NCBI GenBank assembly: GCA_024275415.1
Contig: JAJRZD010000075.1
Coordinates: 1 to 10,544 of the forward strand
Source: an archaeon
Lineage (GTDB): Archaea > Asgardarchaeota > Thorarchaeia > Thorarchaeales > Thorarchaeaceae
DNA: 10,544 nucleotides
Direction of reading: 5' to 3'
Shown: positions 7,140-10,544 of the stretch, one piece after another
How the letters are laid out: the number at the start of each line of letters is the position of its first letter
How positions within the stretch are numbered: position 1 is the first letter of the stretch
Made by a program: the position numbers and the translations under genes
Notes under the pieces: model-generated
The model's database searches: none
What the model was told of the DNA's origin: nothing
The model's input: the letters and a program-made list of their open reading frames with translations, nothing else

Positions 7140-7571
7140 GCCTGATGACAAGATTGGTAAGTTTTTTACTTTCTGCTAGTACGGTTGACACCCAATCTCT
7201 CCCGGCAACTATGTTTTCGTCTTCTGGATTGATCAAGAAGACCCGCCCTTCGATTGGTCTGGCACTCTTCACATCAGATTGAGGACTAGCTTGCTGCCAG
7301 CAGCTGAATAATACTGACCTGCAACCTGGAAGTCTTTTCCACGACTGTCGATTTACATCGGTGTTTTTTAGACGATTTTCGTTTGAACACTATTCCCTGC
7401 ACGCCTAATCTGACAATCTCAGGAGTTTCTTTGAACTCAGCCTAACGTAAACTAATTCTCTTTTTACATACACAAGAATCAAAAGACTGCATGAGCGTTA
7501 TTCCTATTTGACTTGGGAAGTACTACCTTTTTAGTGCTGTTTAGACCAATTCGCTAAGGGCTGGGAACAAC

Positions 7572-8288
7572 ATGACATCAATTGATGAAATGACTGCGGA
7601 TGAGCTGATTAGGAAGGTAAAAGGTCTAAGAAACTTAGGACGTTTTCGTACTTCGGCAAAAGGCCCTACTGGCGTCGGTGATACGCTAGAGGGATTACTA
7701 GGATTGCCCCGAACGAATATTTCACTCCCAGATTGGGGATCAATCGAAGTAAAAGCACACCGAAAAGGCAGTGGGAGCAAAATAAGTCTCATCTCACTGA
7801 AACCCATAATCCTAGGCGATGGAGAAAGAAGTACCATAATCAAGGAATATGGTCAAGAAAGCAGTACCTCTGGCAGAATTAATCTCTATATCACAATCTC
7901 TGCGAAATGTGAAAATAAGAATGGTTGGAAACTGAACATTGATTCTAAAAAGGGATACATCCTAATTCAATGCCGTGGGAAATCAATTGCTGAAACAAAT
8001 CTCAATGAACTTTATGAGAAACTAGAGCAAAAGGCAAAGAACCTTATCATTGTATATGCCAAGTCATTCAAGGAATCAAATACGGAATTCTTCGAATATC
8101 GTGCCGCTACGTTGTATAAGGATCTTCGCGCTGAGAGAATTCCAAGACTATTGACGATGGGAACAATGGTCTTTGAATGGCGTATGCATCTGAAATCAAA
8201 TGGCACTGTTCGTGATCATGGTCCTGCTTATAGGATATCTCCGAAAGACATGCACAGGCTATATGCCCATGTGGAGAAGATGTTCTAA
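7572..8288 (+). CDS. MvaI/BcnI-family type II restriction endonuclease
   Basis: GPTGVGDTLEGLLGL, NISLPD...EVK (PD-(D/E)xK), and RDHG near the C-terminus; convergent with an m4C methyltransferase. Confidence 0.85.
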   Translation: MTSIDEMTADELIRKVKGLRNLGRFRTSAKGPTGVGDTLEGLLGLPRTNISLPDWGSIEVKAHRKGSGSKISLISLKPIILGDGERSTIIKEYGQESSTSGRINLYITISAKCENKNGWKLNIDSKKGYILIQCRGKSIAETNLNELYEKLEQKAKNLIIVYAKSFKESNTEFFEYRAATLYKDLRAERIPRLLTMGTMVFEWRMHLKSNGTVRDHGPAYRISPKDMHRLYAHVEKMF

Positions 8289-8289
8289 G

Positions 8290-9597
8290 TCATCTCTTCT
8301 GTAAGATGATGATGTGTTCGTTGTGCATCGTGTCAGCCGAATATCCCTCTACATTTTCAGGTGCATTCTGCCAAGGCATACGCTTGGTAGGGATATCTCT
8401 CCCGATTGTCGTAATGTGTGCAAAGCCGATGTTTTGACCTAGCTCGACAATGATAGCATCCGTGGGTATTCTTATTCTGCTCATCAATCGATTGCCCACA
8501 ACGATACATGCATGGCTTCCGTTTTTTAAAGCATGATACATTGCAAGTAGCGATCCATTAAGGTCAAGAAAGAAGTTGAAGAACTGTTTGGCTCTTTTTT
8601 CACTATTCTTTAGTATTTTCTGGTAAGTTGTATCTAGTAAGGTGCTATTCAGAATCTCGGAGGAGTAATTTGAGTGGCTTCGACCGCCAAGACCAATCCT
8701 ATCCACCGATTTGAGCTTATCTTCTTCGATACCTGCCCATATGCCCGGATATCTGGAGAATTGACCATATGCAACTGTCGTTGAATGATCCCCATATGGA
8801 GGCGATGTAACCACAACATCGATTGAATTTTCTTCCAAAGCAAGCTCCCTGTTATCAATTGTATATATCTCTGCTGAGGGGTTTTCTCCCTCAAGTTTTC
8901 GAACGAATGACTCCATGAGACGTATGCATCGTTCTACGTGATTCCCAAAGGTTACTTGTACGTCTGGCTTGAAATCTTCCACTTTTGCTTGTCCCATATG
9001 TACGATTTTGAATTCGTTCTTCTTTAGATTCGAAACATCTCTTGCAGTGGATGCCAAACATAGACGCAGAAAGTCCCTGATATCCCCATCTGAAACCGCA
9101 AATACCTCATCTTTGATTTCTGCTAGATCGAGAATCACATCCTCTTTGAAATAGTATGTGGGGTTGTGCATGACCGGAATCTCTGCATCCTTTGTAGCCT
9201 TTTGCAATCGTTCGCGTGTTGCTTTCAGTACGTTATCACTGACTTTTCGTAGTTTCGCGATGTCCAATGGGGTCGTTTTCACCTTTGATAGGAAGGTGGC
9301 GAAAGGGTTGAGGTCCGTTCCTATAGAATTCCTCCCCATAATCATCGCCTCCACAAGAGTCGAGCCTGACCCGCAAAACGGATCCCATACCGGTTCCTTG
9401 CCCCTTGCATAGATTGTTACGAGTCTTCTTGCTATCTGAGGAATCATTCTTGCTGGATATGGGTGCAGGCCATGTGTCATGTATTTTGTGTCCACTCCAT
9501 TGAATGTCCAATCATCCAGTTGCTCTTTGTCGTGGGTGGTCAAGTAGTCATGCAGATTTCCTTGTTTCGCATCCATTGTTACCAGCATTCTTTCCAA
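8290..9597 (-). CDS. N4-cytosine DNA methyltransferase, alpha class, M.MvaI-like
   Basis: THGLHPYPARMIPQI, motif I DPFCGSGSTL placed before motif IV TSPPY, followed by GDHSTTVAYGQFSR. Start is TTG 9597, ATG 9588 or ATG 9576. The stop is 1 nt from the REase stop. Confidence 0.9.
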   Translation of the reverse strand: MERMLVTMDAKQGNLHDYLTTHDKEQLDDWTFNGVDTKYMTHGLHPYPARMIPQIARRLVTIYARGKEPVWDPFCGSGSTLVEAMIMGRNSIGTDLNPFATFLSKVKTTPLDIAKLRKVSDNVLKATRERLQKATKDAEIPVMHNPTYYFKEDVILDLAEIKDEVFAVSDGDIRDFLRLCLASTARDVSNLKKNEFKIVHMGQAKVEDFKPDVQVTFGNHVERCIRLMESFVRKLEGENPSAEIYTIDNRELALEENSIDVVVTSPPYGDHSTTVAYGQFSRYPGIWAGIEEDKLKSVDRIGLGGRSHSNYSSEILNSTLLDTTYQKILKNSEKRAKQFFNFFLDLNGSLLAMYHALKNGSHACIVVGNRLMSRIRIPTDAIIVELGQNIGFAHITTIGRDIPTKRMPWQNAPENVEGYSADTMHNEHIIILQKR

Positions 9598-9631
9598 GCA
9601 TCTTCGCTTTATGTACCTTCATTTCTCCTTA

Positions 9632-9666
9632 AAAGCACATGCAGAATGTCATTCTACGTGTGATTT
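9632..9666. promoter_or_regulatory. Long palindrome abutting the TATA-like box of the methyltransferase gene (candidate operator)
   Basis: AAAG-CACATGCAGAATG-T-CATTCTACGTGTG-ATTT: a 27-bp core (9636-9662) with 11 of 13 pairs complementary and a 1-nt centre, extendable to 35 bp. Minus-strand TTTTAA at 9634-9629. Confidence 0.55.
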
Positions 9667-9783
9667 CCTCATAACCAATTAGCGATAACGCGGATCCAAT
9701 TTGATGCTATGTGTATTATTTCGAATGCCAAATCATATATTCAAAACTATCAGATTCTCAAAATCGCCAATTGTCCGAAGCAG

Positions 9784-10544
9784 TCATTTTGTTACCATTT
9801 CTTTGGCAATCTCTCGTTCTCGCTTCTGTTTCGCTTTTTCCGCATCCTTTATCCGTTTCGACTGTCCATCGATTCGCTTTTGTGCTTCAGCAATCTCCTT
9901 CTTCATCCGCCGCTCCGCGTTCTGAAGTTCCTTTCTTGCCTCATTGAATTCGTTCTTGGCTTTTTTCAGATCTTCTTCCAACGAATCGACACGAATTCGC
10001 TTTGTTTCAGCGACTGTGCTGAGCCACCTTCTCTCACCTTCATGGTCTGCTTTCAGTGCTTCAAGCTCGGCTTCGAGTTGCTGCATCTGCTGTTTGTAGT
10101 GAGATATATCTGCGGTCAATTCACGGATGATGCTGTCTTCTTCCGGTGTTCCGCTCCGTTTTGGGGGCGACTCCAACAGGTCAGGTTGTTCTGATACAGC
10201 GGCATCTACTCCATCATCAGGACTCTTCTGAGAAGGCTGTTCCGTAGGTATAGACGATGGCATCTCAGGTGGAGAGGATCGAGCTCCCGGAGGAGTTGCA
10301 GCACCTTGAGGATGTGGCTGTTCCGTTTTCTCTAATTGTTCTATCTGACCACTTTCTGTTACCATACCTGTATGTGGCACATCATCAGCTGGCGTGCTCT
10401 CCGACCCGAGTGGTTCAGGACTCTCCTTTAAAGGGGATGGTTGGAAAGGAGGTTTTTCCACTGCTTCATCGCTCAAAGGCTCTGTTATCGCAATTGGATG
10501 TTGTCTGATTTCGTTAGGAGTGGTTGGTGCAGGAGGCGTTTCAG
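9784..10544 (-). CDS. Hypothetical protein, 3' part: Pro/Glu/Ser-rich disordered region followed by a ~110-aa coiled coil
   Basis: The frame stays open upstream of the track's TTG 10476 to the window edge (ETPPAPTTPNEIRQHPIAITEPL), so the true start lies outside the window. Heptad-rich C-terminus ELTADISHYKQQMQQLEAELEALK...EKAKQKRERE. Confidence 0.8.
   Translation of the reverse strand, partial: ETPPAPTTPNEIRQHPIAITEPLSDEAVEKPPFQPSPLKESPEPLGSESTPADDVPHTGMVTESGQIEQLEKTEQPHPQGAATPPGARSSPPEMPSSIPTEQPSQKSPDDGVDAAVSEQPDLLESPPKRSGTPEEDSIIRELTADISHYKQQMQQLEAELEALKADHEGERRWLSTVAETKRIRVDSLEEDLKKAKNEFNEARKELQNAERRMKKEIAEAQKRIDGQSKRIKDAEKAKQKREREIAKEMVTK

Larger units (their letters stand above)
6902..7190 (-). 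mobile_element. Internally deleted, non-autonomous IS607-family mini-element (tnpA stub + tnpB stub + right end)
   Basis: Minus strand order: flank ATTGGG, ~51-bp left end starting TGTCAACC, MerR-HTH stub, TnpB C-terminal stub, hairpins, terminal GTTCAA. The boundaries are independently supported by frame restoration of the host gene. A 292-bp alternative (6900-7191, shared GT dinucleotide) also restores the frame. Confidence 0.8.
6513..7311 (+). pseudogene. Membrane-anchored surface glycoprotein gene split by a mobile element (5' part 6513-6901, 3' part 7191-7311)
   Basis: GGAGTGA RBS at 6497-6503; N-terminal basic residues plus TM helix; sequons NFT, NSS, NAT, NIT. The TGA at 6903-6905 lies inside the inserted element. 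The frame resumes as PISPGNYVFVFWIDQEDPPFDWSGTLHIRLRTSLLPAAE* (TAA 7309-7311). Removing 6902-7190 gives a continuous 169-aa ORF. Confidence 0.78.

Noticed and set aside
6902-7188. TTGA direct repeats (6902-6905 and 7185-7188) as a target-site duplication bounding a 283-bp element
   Set aside because: This excision keeps the frame but leaves an in-frame TGA in the rejoined gene, and IS607-type elements do not make 4-bp duplications.
6895-7200. Insertion as an archaeal bulge-helix-bulge intron
   Set aside because: The junctions can pair (AUUG/CAAU and UGUC/GACA) but give a 4x2 internal loop, not two 3-nt bulges around a 4-bp helix.
7045-7272. 75-aa minus-strand ORF from the track (MKSARPIEGRVF...)
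   Set aside because: It straddles the element's left junction, is antisense to the 3' half of the split gene, and overlaps the tnpA stub in another frame. It is a shadow ORF.
7311-7571. Possible pseudogene fragments on the minus strand (AEFKETPEIVRLGVQGIVF...)
   Set aside because: The open stretches are short, have no start codon and belong to no family I recognise.

Overview
Archaeal window, most likely Asgard (Thorarchaeota-like). That assignment is an inference from a divergent EF-2 outside the str operon, archaeal-type ThyA and NrdD, and TATA/GGTGA-type signals. Left part (minus strand): ThyA, then a probable Lrp/AsnC regulator (Cys-rich tail) - hexapeptide N-acyltransferase - EF-2-family GTPase operon. 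The GTPase starts at GTG 1245, runs off the window and is missing from the ORF track. Divergently on the plus strand are a CxxC redoxin and a class III ribonucleotide reductase with redoxin-dependent signatures. The right part is accessory DNA. Main discovery: a ~289-bp non-autonomous IS607-type mini-element (~6902-7190, minus strand) that the ORF track does not show. It keeps a left end, a MerR-HTH stub of the serine-recombinase tnpA, the extreme C-terminus of tnpB and an omegaRNA-like right end finishing in TTCAA. It sits antisense inside a membrane-anchored surface glycoprotein gene, and removing it restores a continuous 169-aa reading frame. Next come a convergent MvaI-like type II restriction-modification pair, a 27-35 bp palindrome at the methyltransferase promoter, and the 3' part of a Pro-rich/coiled-coil gene. 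No rRNA, tRNA or CRISPR array was seen.
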